Positions 23,534 to 36,997 of a DNA stretch of 64,000 bases are shown here, piece by piece (position 1 is the first letter of the stretch; the number at the start of each line of letters is the position of its first letter). A program made the translations under genes and the position numbers. The notes under the pieces are model-generated. The model saw only the letters and a program-made list of their open reading frames with translations. It searched no databases and was not told the DNA's origin. The stretch is from Felis catus (taxonomy: Eukaryota), in assembly GCF_018350175.1 (NCBI RefSeq), contig NC_058369.1, positions 16,122,001-16,186,000 of the forward strand, in the 5' to 3' direction.

Positions 23534-24468
23534 CTGAGAAGGAGCAAAAGGCAATAAAATCAGGACTGACTTCACAGCTGAAAAACCAAAGCGAATGACA
23601 CATCAATTCTGGTATGAAATCCCTACGCAGTTTACCTTGTATAGGCGACCCCTGCAAGAATAAGCTGACTTCACAATTTAAATAGAGTCATGCCAGGTGA
23701 CGTGAATTTTAAGTTTTCGCTGGCTTAACTGGCAGCCGAAGACCCAAAGAGAGCAGCGGGATAAACAAACTGCACAATGTGCCCGAGGCCGAGAGGGGGC
23801 CTGACACCCGGTCATCCCTCCAAGGAGCCGTCGCATATCCCCGGGGTCAGCGGGGCGTGGGAAAGGACCCGCCCTGGAGCTGGGCTTTGAACGAACAGAT
23901 GTGGGCAACATATTGCCTTGTGCACATCTGGAAAGCACGGTATTCCTCCCCCGTCGTATTTCCTATCTTTGAAATGGAAAAGCAACCCGCAGAACGAACA
24001 GGAAACGAGCAAACTACGCTCCAGCTGTGTTTCACTTCTTTCCCATTTTATTCTAACTCAGTGACAACCCCCCCCCTCCAGCTTTCTCTTGCATTCACTT
24101 GCAAAACCTTGACTGATCCCACAAATATTTCACAGAGTTCCCCTTGTGTTTCAAAGTAGAGCAGTTCCCACTTAGTCTCACAACCTGGAAAGCACCGATG
24201 CATTACAGGAGCCAAGAGTACAGAAAGGTCATGTGAGTGACCTTCAGAACTGAGCCAGTTTTGGCCTCTGTGTCATGACAGCTTACTTATTATTATATAC
24301 TTTAAGTATACTTAGAGTAGTAAGTATTACTTACTTATTACTATATTGTTATAATGAAGACTGTGGATTTAAAGCCATGTTAAGCTCTGGACCAGCCATG
24401 CAGGAGCCTAATATTATTGGTGGAATGAATGAATGAATGAATGAATGAATCTTACATGATCCAGTGTA

Positions 24469-24571
24469 ATTTTTTTTTTTTTAAGTAAGCTCTACACTCA
24501 ACGTGGGGCTTGAACTACGACCCTGAGATCAGGACTCGAATAGTCTACTGACTGAGCCAGCCAGGCACCCC
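24469..24571 (-). mobile_element. Short Can-SINE lacking the CT tract
   Basis: tRNA-derived head only; TSD cagtgt(a/g)att. Confidence 0.8.
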
Positions 24572-24744
24572 AGTGTGATTATTTTTTTTTAAATGTCATA
24601 CAAGTATATAATTGGAAAAAACTTACTAACCGTATCAATTTCGTTTGAAAGATTTGGTACAATAAACCAATAAATGAAACCAATAAAAATGATCCTTACT
24701 GATACTATAAACAGAGTGGTAATATGTATAAAAACACAGAGTGT

Positions 24745-24965
24745 GGGGCGCCTGGGTGGCGCAGTCGGTTAAGCGTCCGACTTCAACCAGGTCACGATCT
24801 CGTGGTCCATGAGTTCGAGCCCCGCGTCGGGCTCTGGGCTGATGGCTCAGAGCCTGGAGCCTGTTTCCGATTCTGTGTCTCCCTCTCTCTGCCCCTCCCC
24901 CGTTCATGCTCTGTCTCTCTCTGTCCCAAAAATAAATAAAAACGTTGAAAAAAAAATTTAAAAAA
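24745..24965 (+). mobile_element. Young SINEC_Fc-type SINE
   Basis: TSD aaaaacacagagtg. Confidence 0.92.
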
Positions 24966-25312
24966 CACAGAGTGATAGGTTTCTATTCCATAGATAATAA
25001 GCATGCTTTTCCATTTCTGTGGAATAAAAGAAAGCTAATGATAGCTTTCTATTGAGGACAGAAGTAAATTAAAGTTCACCAAGACCATGAAGGTGTGTTC
25101 AAATGCACATCTATGTGCACACACACGTATGGCACAGACTGGAAATTGTCTTATTATTTCGCACAGACACATCTCCCAGAAACAACAAACTCTTGGAAGA
25201 TTCGTTGATTTTGAAGACCATTCATGGGTTACACATGTTTAAAGTGGCAATGGTGTTTAAGGCGTTAGTAACTAATGCATACACACCTCACCTTCAGAAC
25301 GCGAGTAGCTAC

Positions 25313-25458
25313 CTGTCTATATCTTGGGGCAGGTCGGTCAGGCCATTGTTGCTAATATCCAACCACTGCAAATTCGACATCCTCAGGACACAGATTGGGA
25401 CACTGGCAAACTTGTTTGCCGCGATGTCTACGAATGTCACTTGCTTCAAGTTACTTAA
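25313..25458 (-). CDS. LRRC2: LRRC2 coding exon 5 (LRRs)
   Basis: [48 protein letters not shown](R); ttctag| acceptor, AG|GTAGCT donor; 146 nt. Confidence 0.95.
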
Positions 25459-25599
25459 CTAGAAAGGAATAACAACAGGTATACTCTAATTACTTTTCTA
25501 GAATGAAGTTCGGCTAATAATTTTTAGGTGATGTTTCTTCTCAAAGGCACCTCTAGAAATCTACGCAACACAGACCCATATAACGTGAATTCTGGAGCA

Positions 25600-26010
25600 C
25601 CTACGGATGTGCTCCATGCTGGGGGTACTAAGATCGTCAGCACATAGAGGCTGCCCTGAAGGAGTTCACACTTTCCAAAATAAGAAATGCAATTTTTATG
25701 TAGCAAGAACTAACGTGAAGAAGGTTTCAACTGGCGGTGTTCAGTAACACAGACATAAGTGGCTGATATACCAACGTCAAGGTGGAGTAAGGGTCAGGGG
25801 TCAGGAAAGACTTCATGGAGAATGGAGTATTTGCACTGGGTCCTGAGGTTCCTTGACAGGTGGGAAGACAGGGAAGGCAACTCCAGGTGGGGAACAGCCT
25901 GTGCAAAGTCCCAGAAAACAAAAAAGCACAAGCTTTCGAGAATAGAATGACTTGAAGACAGCCAAAGGAGTTCCAACAAATCTTAAAAAGCCTCAGAAAG
26001 GGACAAGGCA
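25600..26010 (-). mobile_element. L2 fragment
   Basis: ggtcaggaaagacttcatggag...ccaggtggggaacagcctgtgcaaagtccc motifs. Confidence 0.6.
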
Positions 26011-26135
26011 AATGATCAGAGATCTCTACTATTTCAGGGTTTTTTTTTTTAATATAATTTCGATCCCTACTATTTATGTCTTATCTCCCTAATCTGTGTT
26101 TTTAACATGGTGACTGAATCTGTAGGGGAATATAC

Positions 26136-26340
26136 TTTTTTCAGTTTATTTATTTATTCTGGGAGAGAAAGTACGAGTGGGAGAGGGGCAGAGAGAGAGA
26201 GGAAAAGAGAGAGAATCCCAAGCAAGCCCCATGCTGTCCGCGCAGAGCCCAACACGGGATTCAAATCCACAACCATGAGATCATGACCTGAGCTGAAATC
26301 AAGAGCTGGACGCCCAACCGACAGAGCCACCCAGGCGCCC
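26136..26340 (-). mobile_element. Can-SINE
   Basis: Antisense SINE. Confidence 0.87.
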
Positions 26341-26751
26341 TGGGAGATAGACTTTTTTTCTTTCAAATGCAAATCTATGAACAGCGAATAAAGCAGGAAA
26401 ATGTCTCTCATGTTTGGATTTGGTTTTGTAAGTCAGGTCGTGACTATGAAATACATAATAAGGAGCTACCTTTCACTGGCTTATTCTGAGAGTCCACAAA
26501 TAAAACTTGAGCTGCCTCTCAGAATACATTTTCAAAACGGTTCCACAATATGGGACCAACTGGACCAATAGGAGGAATTAGTGAAAAGTAGAGAAGAAAG
26601 AAGCAGTAGGTTTATGCCTCTATTTACCTGAATATAATACCTAATTCCATATTGCCAAATTCGCCCAAGCGAGGCACAGTCCAAAGTGGTCCTATTGAAT
26701 GGGCACATCCCAATTTTGCTCTTGTTTTGAATTTATAAAAAGAAATGTGAA

Positions 26752-26877
26752 GGGCCGCCTGGGTGTCTCAGTTGGTTGAGGGACTAACTCTTGATTTCAG
26801 CTCAGATCGTGATCTCACAGTTCGTGAGTCTGAGCTCCACATCGGGCTCTGCGCTGACAGTGCGGAGGCTGCTTGGG

Positions 26878-26911
<34 letters not shown>

Positions 26912-26940
26912 CCTCCTCCCCTTCTCTCGAAAAAATAAAA
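26752..26940 (+). mobile_element. Can-SINE
   Basis: Head, (CT)n and A-tail. Confidence 0.87.
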
Positions 26941-27632
26941 TGTGCAAGGTATCAGAAAAGGATTTGGGGAACACCTTAAAAAAATGAACATGAAGACAGT
27001 AATGAGACAGTCAAAGAAGATGCTTCGGGTGACCACAATTCAGTCTGAACTTCCTGACTGTGTGGCCAGGGTTATCAGATCAGCAGAAAAATCAAGACTG
27101 AACTATCCTCGGTCTCTCGTCTTTCTTCTTTTTACGATAAAGGTAGAAAGTACATTTTTTGGACTGTAAAATAAATTACTGGGGATATTTAAAGGAAATA
27201 ACGTAAGACATCTGTGAAAATTAGAATAAGGAAAATCACAGTGGTATTCAACTAGCAAGGAGACAGAAGGCCCAGATCTAGCCATTCCCCACTAGCTACT
27301 TTCATCACGGGCAAAGCAAAACACTCACAAACTCTTTTGAAAGGTAATTCTATTTGTCTGAAAATTCCAGTGTTGTCCAGATAAAAATCTGACGTTCAGT
27401 CATAATAAATACAACACGCACTTACACAGAAGTTTCATTATCTTTACCTTTGTCTCAAAATTCCTGACGGTTCCTTCCCGTAACTTTCTATACGTCATTT
27501 ATACTGCTCGCTGTCTATTTGAATTTGAATTCAGGATTACGTCAATTATTTGTGAATCCTCATGAAGACAGGGCACAACAATGTGACGCCATTGAACCCT
27601 AGTGAACCATACACTTAAAAATGGTCACGATG

Positions 27633-27875
27633 GGGGCGCCTGGGTGGCTCAGTCGGTTAACCATCTGACTCTTGATTTCGGCTCAGGTCATGATCTCACA
27701 GTTTGTGGGTTCCAGCCCCACGTCAGGCTCTATGCTGACAGCTCAGAGCCTGGCGCCTCTTCGGATTCTGTGTCTCCCTCTCTCTCTGCCCCTCCCCTGC
27801 TTGTGCTCGCTCACTCTCTCTCTCTCAAGAGTAAAAAATGAACATGAAAGAAAATTTTTAAAAAAATAATAAAAA
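27633..27875 (+). mobile_element. Can-SINE
   Basis: TSD aaaaatggtcacgatgg. Confidence 0.9.
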
Positions 27876-28787
27876 TGGTCACGATGGTAAACATAATGTT
27901 AGTTTTTTAACCAAAAAAAAAAATTTTTTTTAACGCTAGCATTTGGATATGGCATCCGGGCAAACAGTGGTTTCCTGAGTTTGTAGACATCAGAACCTGG
28001 GGTGCTGTGCGCTTCCACTGGGTAAATACAAGTTGGACACGTGAGGCTGAGACGCCCTCACAGATGACACTCCCTTTAACATGACCGTGCAGCCTGTCTT
28101 CAGGTATATGGTTTTTCATCTATCTTGAATAAACCACAGTTTGAACAGATAGTTGACAATGATGGCCACTGAGAACCATTCAGGACTGAATTCGCGAAGT
28201 TATAGATAAGAAGAATCAGTGAACTATTAGAACGCAGCCAACTGGGGAAGCATAACAAATACTGTGCATTTATGGAATCCCGTTCAAAGCAAAGAGCCTA
28301 AAAAATCTATATCCAGAGACCATTTGCTCCCGCGGGTGTCAATATAGTTTCGGTGAACCGGGTGAAAAACAACAACCCAAATGGTGATTGCCTCGTGCTG
28401 CCTGATAGACCAGCTCATGGGGATTAACTGCGAGGAGGCAAGACAGAATTTCGAGGGCGAGATCGAAATACCCTACAAGCGAATTCGGTGGATCGTACAC
28501 TTACAATGGCTGAATTGGGGGGCGTATGAATTATATTTCAACAAAGGGGGCAGGCGAAGAGAAGGGACAGAGAAGCAAGCCTAGGAGGCTAGGTCAGGTG
28601 ACGGACAACACGGGCTTGGACTAGGGTGTTGGTGGCAAGGTGCTGGGCAGGGGTCAGATGCAGAATATATTCTAAAGGGCATGCTCAACAGGACTTATTT
28701 ACAGAGTGGTTACAGGGTGTGGGAGCAACAGAGGTCAAGTTGACTTGGCTTGCTTCCAGCCTGGACAACCGAGAGAAGACTGGGTCC

Positions 28788-28836
<49 letters not shown>

Positions 28837-29087
28837 TTCCTTCCTTCCTTCCTTTCTTTCTTTCTTTTTTTCTTTCTTTCTTTTTTAATGTTCATTTATT
28901 TTTGAGAGAGAGACAACAGCACAAGTGGGGAGAGGGCAGAGACAGAGGGGAAGACACAGAACCCGAAGCAGGCTCCAGGCTCTGAGCTGTCAGCACAGAG
29001 CCCGACGCGGGGCTCGAACTCACAAACCGTGAGATCATGACCTGAGCCGAAGTCGGACGCTCAACCGACTGAGCCACCCAGGTGCCC
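28788..29087 (-). mobile_element. Can-SINE with a (TTTC)n(TTCC)n microsatellite tail
   Basis: Tail has become a tetranucleotide repeat at 28788-28886. Confidence 0.9.
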
Positions 29088-29716
29088 AGAGCCATTTTCT
29101 AAACTAAGGAGGCTTGGGGAATGAGCAGTCTTATGAAGGGGGTCAGGCCCTTGGGGGGGCACCCCTCACCTGGACCACTGTCGGGCATTTCCTGGGGCGA
29201 CAGTAGAAGCGACTACTTCCTCCCACCCAGAAGTTTCCAGGCAAGGACAATAACACCCCATCTAGGACTATAATCAGTGGGCGTTGGCAGGACCACATGA
29301 GCACTACTGTTTCCGGTGTGTTCATTACCAGTTCGTTACCATGAGATCCATATCTCCCTTCAGCATAAGAAGCCTGTTGAGTTTTATTTGGCAATAAACT
29401 CTGCTCCCTTTCAGCTGTTCCATTTTATCAGAATATGATGTTAAATCATGAATGAATACAGACCAAAAGTAATGAACTTAATTCATTTGATTTCGATTAA
29501 TGAACTTTTAAAATCCTATCTGTAAGACGATTTTTGTTACCTATAAGTTTTTATGAATATATAAACTTTTAAAAAATCTTACCCCCTTTATTCCCATTTC
29601 TGATTTATTTCACAATTGCAGATAAGCATTACAGACAACAGGAATCTTACATTAAATAGGCATTAAGTAAAAATACCCTGTGTGAAAATAGGGCATTTTG
29701 CCTAGTTTTGTGTAGC

Positions 29717-29939
29717 TTTTTATTTGTTTTGTTTCTTTTAAGTTTATTTATGTTTGAGAGAGAGACAGAGAGAGTGAGCAGGGGAGGGGCAGAGAGAGAG
29801 GGAGAGAGAGAACCCCAAGCAGGCTCCGCGTTGCCAGTGCAGAGCCCAATGTGGGGCTCAAACCCACAAACCGTGAGATCGTAACATGAACCGAAACCAA
29901 GAATCGGATGCTTAACCAACCGAGCCACCCAGGCGCCCC
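29717..29939 (-). mobile_element. Can-SINE
   Basis: Antisense SINE. Confidence 0.88.
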
Positions 29940-30176
29940 AGTGTTTGTTTTTGTTTTGTTTTGATGGCTTTTCCGAACTTAAATTCAGCTCCTGGTCTAG
30001 TCTAAGAACACTTTCAAGGACCTTCTAATTGCTGGTATAGTGATTGACATGTCAAGAAAGTGTGATATAACAAAGACAGATTTCATCTTGTAAAACATCT
30101 TCCCCACGTTATAGATCATCCCACGTCATAAGTCAAATAAAAGTAAATCATAGTGCAAACGTGATCGCTTTCTTAC

Positions 30177-30313
30177 TTCAAAGGGGAGCTCAGTTAATTC
30201 CAGATTTCCGGAACAATCCAGTTTCTCGAGATTTTCGCAGTCCCCCAGCTCCGGAGGGATGCTCTTCAGATGGTTGAAACTCACATTGAGTTCTCTCAGG
30301 TTCTGCAAACGAC
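30177..30313 (-). CDS. LRRC2: LRRC2 coding exon 4 (LRRs)
   Basis: [45 protein letters not shown]; gacag| acceptor, GAA|GTAAGA donor; 137 nt. Confidence 0.96.
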
Positions 30314-31042
30314 CTGTCATCAGAACAAATGAACATCCATGGGGTAGACCCCTTATGGTTTTTTAACGGCAAAAGCAAGACAAAGATACAACACGTTTGT
30401 ACAAATGGTGGGGGGGGGGGGGAGCCAGGAAACATAATTTTGTATTTGTTTTTTTAAGCACTTCACTAAATGCCAGCTCGTCCTTCATCCTGAGCATGTT
30501 GGTCCTCGATCAGAGCGTTTTTTGCTTATTCTCTGTTTAATCCTTCATCCAACTAGGCAGCCGCAGACCTTCACCCCTCACACCCCAAGAGAAGGAGAAG
30601 CAGTAGTGATCATCCAGTCTTCATTTTCAGCTACTGATGGAAATTTATCAAATGTTGGTCAAAATGACCTACCAGGCTACATGAAACTCATCAACGGACT
30701 AATATCCGGGACCGACTATTGAGGTTTATGTTTACAGTGAACATGTCATTGCACGTTCGTCCTTCTAAAACTGAAAGAAAATAGACACGAAGCTCCCAAA
30801 CACGGCACTGCTCACTCGTGACACTTCTAGCTTCTGCGCAACTGGCCCACGTCTGCCTGTGCCGAGTTCCGCAGGCGGGACGGTGGCGTCGCTGCCCCAA
30901 GGGGACACTGCAAGCAAGCCAGCGGCTCTGGGAACACAGGAAACAGCCCCGTCCAAGCAGCCTCCCGGAGGGCCATGCTGCCTGCCCGCCAGCTGCCCGC
31001 TTCCCAGACCAGAACACCGAAGGTTCCTGCTGGGGAACATAC

Positions 31043-31199
31043 CAATTTCAGCCGGAAGATGGGAGATTTGGTTTTTTGGCAGATCCAGAATTCTCATCGC
31101 TTGAAACAGCTCGATATAGGTAGGAATGATTTGAATCAGGGTATTGCTGATGTGCCATTCTTTTAGGTGTGTCTGCTCCTTCAACGCATCCGGGAGCTC
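31043..31199 (-). CDS. LRRC2: LRRC2 coding exon 3
   Basis: [52 protein letters not shown](G); ttttgtttcag| acceptor, G|GTATGT donor; 157 nt. Confidence 0.96.
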
Positions 31200-31385
31200 C
31201 TGAAACAAAATGAACGACGTCAGTCACAACAAGTTCCTCAGCGTGTTGGGGCTGAGGGGCAGCGTGCGCAAAGCCGCGTACATCGGGGCATCGATGTAGA
31301 AGACGAGAGAGCACGCGGGAGAGCGTCAGGCCCGACCTTCGCCAGCTCGACAGCCACTTCATGAAGCCACTTTTAAGACTGTGTA

Positions 31386-31636
31386 GGGGCGCCCGGGTGG
31401 CTCAGTCGGTTAAGCGTCCGACTCTTGATTTTGGCTCAGGTCACGATCTCACGGTTCGTGGGTTTCGAGCCCCACGTCGGGCTCAGCCCTGACAGCGCAG
31501 AGCCTGCTTGGGGTTCTCTCTTTCCCTCTCTCTCTCTCTCTCTCTCTCTCTGCCCCTCCCCTGCTCTCTCGCTTCCTTGCTCTGTCTCTCTCACAAAATA
31601 AATAAACATTAAAAAGAAAAAAGAAAAGAAAAGAAA
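31386..31636 (+). mobile_element. Can-SINE
   Basis: Head, (CT)n and (GAAAA)n tail. Confidence 0.9.
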
Positions 31637-32356
31637 TCCAGACAGGTACCCAGTACCCACGGATCTCAATGATGGGGGCTCAGGAGAAAGATCACTAGAG
31701 GCCATACAGTGATCATCTCTCCCAGCATCAGAGGGCAGTGCAGCTAAGAAATCGGTGTCAGAAAATATCCACTCATGTGGTCGCCGCAACAGCCCTCGAG
31801 GGGGCCGACACAAGCATTAGCACCGTCTTACTGGGGGGGACACAAAATATATAAAAGTGGGGTAAACTGCCCCAGGTCACATGGCCGATAAAGGACGGCC
31901 CCAGGATCACCCCCCAAAATTTAGTCTCTCGGCCCAGAGCCCCTTCAGCTAGAAGTTGGGAGGATAGAAAGAGATGAAGGGTAGGTCCCAGAGAGCCCTG
32001 TCCCCCAGAAAGGGACCACAGCCCAGGTTCACCTGCCCACAGCACAGCAGGTGCCGCTTCCACGAGTAAACCTCGGATCACGGGGCAAGCCCTGGAGGTG
32101 CCTCTCCAAGCAAAGCAGCAGGTCAGGGGCGGAGGGAGCAGGAAGCCAATGTAAACACCGGAGGAAAGAAAGGGGGCATCTTTGTCCTGGCCTCAGAATC
32201 TCGGAGGAAAAACAGCTCAAGGGTCTGCCGAAATTCCTTTACTGCTCTGCACACCCTGACACTTCAGCAAAGTCACCACCACCCGCTGGGAAATGTTCGG
32301 TGAAAGTCACAGTTCTTTAAAAAAAAAAAAAAAAAAAAACAGAAACAAAAAAAGGC

Positions 32357-32560
32357 CGGAGCGCCTGGGTGGCTCAGTGGGCTAAGCGGCTAAGCCACTG
32401 ACTCAGGTCGTGATCTCGTGGTTTGAGCCCCAGAGATTGGCTCTGGGCTGACAGCTCAGAGCCTGGAGCCTGCTTGGGATTCGGTGTCGCCCTCTCTCTC
32501 TGACCCTCTTCCGCCTGCATTTTCTCTCTCTCTCAAAAATAAATAAACATTAAAAAAAAA
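32357..32560 (+). mobile_element. Can-SINE
   Basis: Head, (CT)n and A-tail. Confidence 0.85.
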
Positions 32561-32921
32561 ATTTTTTTTAAAGGCAAAGTGATTTTAACGTCTGGGGGAG
32601 AGACGGCAGGGTTAAGCATTTAAAGGCTGCGCCATTCTGGGGAGGGCCCACTCCCCCCTCCCCTCCCCCCCAGGTCCCAGCCCCTGCCAGCCTCGGAGGG
32701 ATCCAAGGGGATCCTGCTGCCCCCTCCAGCAGGACGACAGGGTCTTACACAGAGGGAGGGATGTGAAAACCGGTTCGGTTCGAAGCAGGCAACAGCCTCC
32801 TCCCCATCCAGGGGAAAGCTCTCTAGGGGCAGGAGTGCTCTCTGGGTCAGGGCCAAGGCCAAGGCCAACGCCCTGAGCTCAGCTCAGCAGCGCTCACCGG
32901 GCACCCCCTCGCTGCACTCAC

Positions 32922-33129
32922 CGTCCACTGCTCCCCCGAAAGTTCAAACACAAACGCACTGCTCCGTTTGTCTCTCTCCTTGGAAAGCAAACTCTGCCTG
33001 GTGAGAGAGTTCCTTTCGATCTTTTCCAGAAGCCTCACGCTGGTGTCTACGAAGCCATTCTTGCAGTACACAGCCTGGGGGATGCCTTTCCTCCTGCACT
33101 CGGCCACGAAATTCCACTCTTCCTTTATC
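32922..33129 (-). CDS. LRRC2: LRRC2 coding exon 2
   Basis: [26 protein letters not shown]...FELSGEQWT; tctag| acceptor, ACG|GTGAGT donor; 208 nt, phase 2 to 0. Confidence 0.96.
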
Positions 33130-33840
33130 CTAGACGGGCAGCAGAAGCCACAGTCACTCTCCTGGGGAACCGCCCTCACCTCCCTGGAGCAGCGGGCAGG
33201 TCAGCCTGGAGCTTGGCACAGTCCCTCCCCGGGCCCGAGACCCCAGCCCCCAGCCTAGGGGGACTTAAGCACCTGCCCAACCCTCAGTCCTCCCAGCTGA
33301 GCCTCCTCCCTCATTTCCTCTGCTGCGGGAACATAGGGGGACCTTAAACCCTCAGAGGGTTTTCGTTTTGTTTTGTTTTGTTTTTTGACGCAGGGTGAAA
33401 AGAACATGCTGATCTTTCAAGGCCATCTGATTTGAACTACACAGGCAGCCCCGGTTCTCCAGATACCTGACAGGCTTTGACAACTCTGTAGAGACCAAGG
33501 TGAACTTGTAGAAAACCGACAGCAACACAAATACTTCCCGAGACGGCGGGCACACAAATCGATTCTGTCCGGTGGACGGACGGCCCCCCTCCACCTCTGG
33601 AGACAGTCTGTTCCGGGCGCGGGTGCGTTTCAATTTTCCTGCCACCTAAATGTGTGTGTCCTCTGGGCTCCCCTTGGACCCGGTTGTAACACCGTACGGC
33701 TGGTCCTTTTGTGCAACCGTGAGAAAAAGGGGATTTTTAACACACATTCCTTTTATATCTATGGCAGCGCGAGGACTTCACCTTTTTTAAAAGATGAACC
33801 TTTATCACAAGGTGGGTGTCCTCTGAGCGCTCGGGGTTTC

Positions 33841-34040
33841 AATGTTTATTTATTTTTGGGACAGAGAGAGACAGAGCATGAACGGGGGAGGGGCAGAGAG
33901 AGGGAGACACAGAATCGGAAACAGGCTCCAGGCTCTGAGCCATCAGCCCAGAGCCTGACGCGGGGCTCGAACTCACAGACCGCGAGATCGTGACCTGGCT
34001 GAAGTCGGACGCTCAACCGACTGCGCCACCCAGGCGCCCC
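33841..34040 (-). mobile_element. Young SINEC_Fc-type SINE with almost no poly(A) tail
   Basis: TSD tgagcgct(c/t)ggggtttcaa. Confidence 0.92.
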
Positions 34041-34515
34041 TGAGCGCTTGGGGTTTCAAAGGCTGGGCAAGGGTGCGGTGAGGCGAGAAGAGGAAGCCCA
34101 GACCCCTTGCCCTCATCCCTCCTCGGATTGGGACCGGCAGGGCCCAGAGAGTCGTGATCACCTCCTCATTTATGTAGTTTCAGCCGCTTTCTGTCCTGCC
34201 TGGCTTTTGTTTGACCCACCAGGCATTCTGTACTGGTTCTTTACTTCACACGATCCTAACTGCCCGCTCCTGACTAAATGCGATGTGCAGACCCGAGAGG
34301 ATGAGCAAGCAGGGAAACCACGGGCAAAGCCGCGGGGACGGCACAGAACTGGCAAAAGAGCCCTGACTCGGGGCTGGGACCACGCTTTTTAAGGAATCGC
34401 ATGTGTTGAAATATCCTAGTAGGTGCTTCACAGACTCTTTCCTCCAGTCAAATGTTAGGAGTGTTAGCAGAGCTTGGTAGCAGGACTAGTGTGTCATTAA
34501 ATGTCAGTAATCCCC

Positions 34516-34741
34516 GGGGCGCCTGGGTGGCTCAGTCCCTTAAGCGTCCAACTTCGGCTCAGGTCATGATCTCACTGCCTGTGGGTTCGAGCCCCGCGTC
34601 GGGCTCTGTGCTGACAGCTCAGAGCTTGGAGGCTGCTTCGGATTCTGTGTCTCCCTCTCTCTCTGCCCCTCCCCAGCCTGTGCTCTGTTTCTCTCCCTCT
34701 CAAAAATAAATGAAAACATTAAAAAAAAAAAAACAAAACAA
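34516..34741 (+). mobile_element. Can-SINE
   Basis: Head, (CT)n and A-tail. Confidence 0.9.
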
Positions 34742-34744
34742 CCC

Positions 34745-35075
34745 TCAGTGTGACTAGCCTGAATGAAAGAATCCAGACCAAAAAAGGGAATGATTCCATT
34801 TATAGACAGTGATTCCATTTGTATGGAATATAATAAAATAATCTTCCGTGGCAGGAAGGAGTGACTGCATGGGCACTGGGGGCGGGAAGTGAGAGGAAGG
34901 AGTCACCAAGAGTGAGAAAGGGGCTTGTAAGGTGACGGATAGGATCCTATCTGGATTGTGGGGATGGTTTTACAGATGTACACCTGGGCCAGACTTTTCA
35001 AATGATCTACTTTAAATGCGTACAGTTTATTGGGTGTCAGGTATACTCATCAATAAAGCTTTTATAAAATAAATG
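34745..35075 (+). mobile_element. Old L1 (L1ME-type) 3' end
   Basis: tgattccatttata...ctatctggattgtggggatggttttacag...tactcatcaataaagc. Confidence 0.65.
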
Positions 35076-35449
35076 TCATGGGCCTCGTTTTAATCGCCTC
35101 TTGCATCCCTCCTCGACCCCCTTGCCCCTCTCTTGCTCCCTACTGTGCACTTGGACAAAGCTCAAATGGGTACCCGCTGCTCCCCTGCTGCGCGCCTACG
35201 CCCGCCCACCCAGTACTCGGGCACAGGGGAAAATTCGCAGCCTTGCAAACTGGCCTCCCTTCGACCCTCACTCCCTTCGGGGCTAAACCCAGCCCTCCAA
35301 GACTCAAGGACTTTCTGCAGGGGCTCTCTCTCTCCTCAGTGTTTCGCTTTGGGAGACCATGCCCATCAGCGCATGAGCACGCGGTTACCTCTCCCAGCTT
35401 AAAGGGCACCCCCCTCCACCCCCGCAACCTCACGTCTCCCATGGGGCGC

Positions 35450-36230
35450 GCTTCTCTGCTCCCACTTACAGTCAACCCTACGAAAGAGCTGTGCTGGCTC
35501 ACACCCACCATCCTTCTTTCCCACTCCACCCCACCCCCGTTCTCTGTTGAACCCCCTTCACGCACCATCACGGTTCTTTAGAAACTATTCCCAAGGTCAT
35601 CATGACCTCCATTTTGCCAGACCCAGCGGTCAAATCCAGTCCTCATCTTCGCGGACCCATCTGCAACATTTGACACAGCCCTTCCTCCTCCGTGAAGCCT
35701 GACTGCCACTAAAACCTGCCTCCGCCCCATTAAAGCCATAAAAGCCTTTCAGAGGCTCTGGCTACAAACCTCAGGCTCATCATTGGCTCTGTGCTTTTTT
35801 CATACCTCGTAGCAAATCCGTCGAGGCACGTGATCGGTTCTACGAGAATCCGCACGCCTCACCACCGTCACTGCTTCCGTTCTTGGCCTTGTCCCCATCA
35901 TCTCCTTGCAGACACCACTGTTGTCCCCCCTACGGTCCAAATGCACCCAGCGGTTCGAGTAAGCCCATCACAATGTCCCCGATTCCTCATCTCACACAGC
36001 AAAGCAATGTCCTCCCGCACCGACAAGGCCCTGCAGGTCTGTGCCGTCACCTTGCCTGTCTGGCCACGTCCACGACTGCACAGTCACTTGCTTTTTCTGG
36101 CCCGCACGCTGGCCCCCTTGCTCTCCCTTGAACACCCACGCCAACGCATGCCTCAGTAGTCACATTGCTGTTGTGTCTGCCTGGAACATTCGTTCCTGGA
36201 TTTCTGCAGAGCTGGATCCCCAGGTTTCTG
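35450..36230 (+). mobile_element. L2 fragment
   Basis: ccaaggtcatcatgacctccattttgcc...tcctcatc...catttgacacag motifs. Confidence 0.6.
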
Positions 36231-36997
36231 TGCAGACTTTTCGGTCTTTCAAAACCACTTTGGGTATCATTGGAGTTTCCAACTTGCCATTAAGCTGGGA
36301 GAAAGGGGAGTGTTTGAGAAAAGTATTTCGCCGATGGCCCTGGCTGGCCCAGCTGCCACCCTACCCAGGTCCTAGTCACTGAGCTGAGCTGAGCTGAGGA
36401 TAAGTACTCAGCAACCAAGTAGGTAGGGCTTCGGGTTCTACAAAGAAGTCTATACATAATGCAATAAAAGCAACAAACTTAAAAATACCAGCACATGGAG
36501 AGAGATGAATTTAATCCTGGGGGAAAGTGATGGGATTGGCTTGGGATCGTTACTTTTCATGATGAGCTCTTCTGTATAATGTAAATATTTTAATACCTGT
36601 GATAAAAAGAAATGCAAATACCTGCCCACAGATCTAGATCTGATTGTAGCAGTCAGGGATGTGGGGCAGACCCTGGGTCTAAGACATGCTCCCTGAACGA
36701 ATAGAAGAAATCGCCCGAATTGTCAACGAGCAATAGTACAGCCATCGCCAGGTCTTGGGTCCACCAAGTACTTTTCAGGCTAATGCCTCCAGCTTTTCTA
36801 CCCTCATTTCTTAGACCAAACCTGAAGGGATGCCCTTCCAATGTAATGAAATGATGCCCGTTAAGCCCTACAGAATACACCCTTCCTATATTACACATTA
36901 CAAACCGACGCAAGTAGCTCACATATTTTGGTACAGCCAACATAAAAAGGAGAAAAAAAGGATATCAGACAGATTTCATTAAAAATAATCATTTACC

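Noticed and set aside
26942..27169. Purine-rich, coding-looking 75-aa ORF in an LRRC2 intron
   Set aside because: No ATG start or clear splice boundaries and no recognisable family; more likely decayed ancient L1 sequence.
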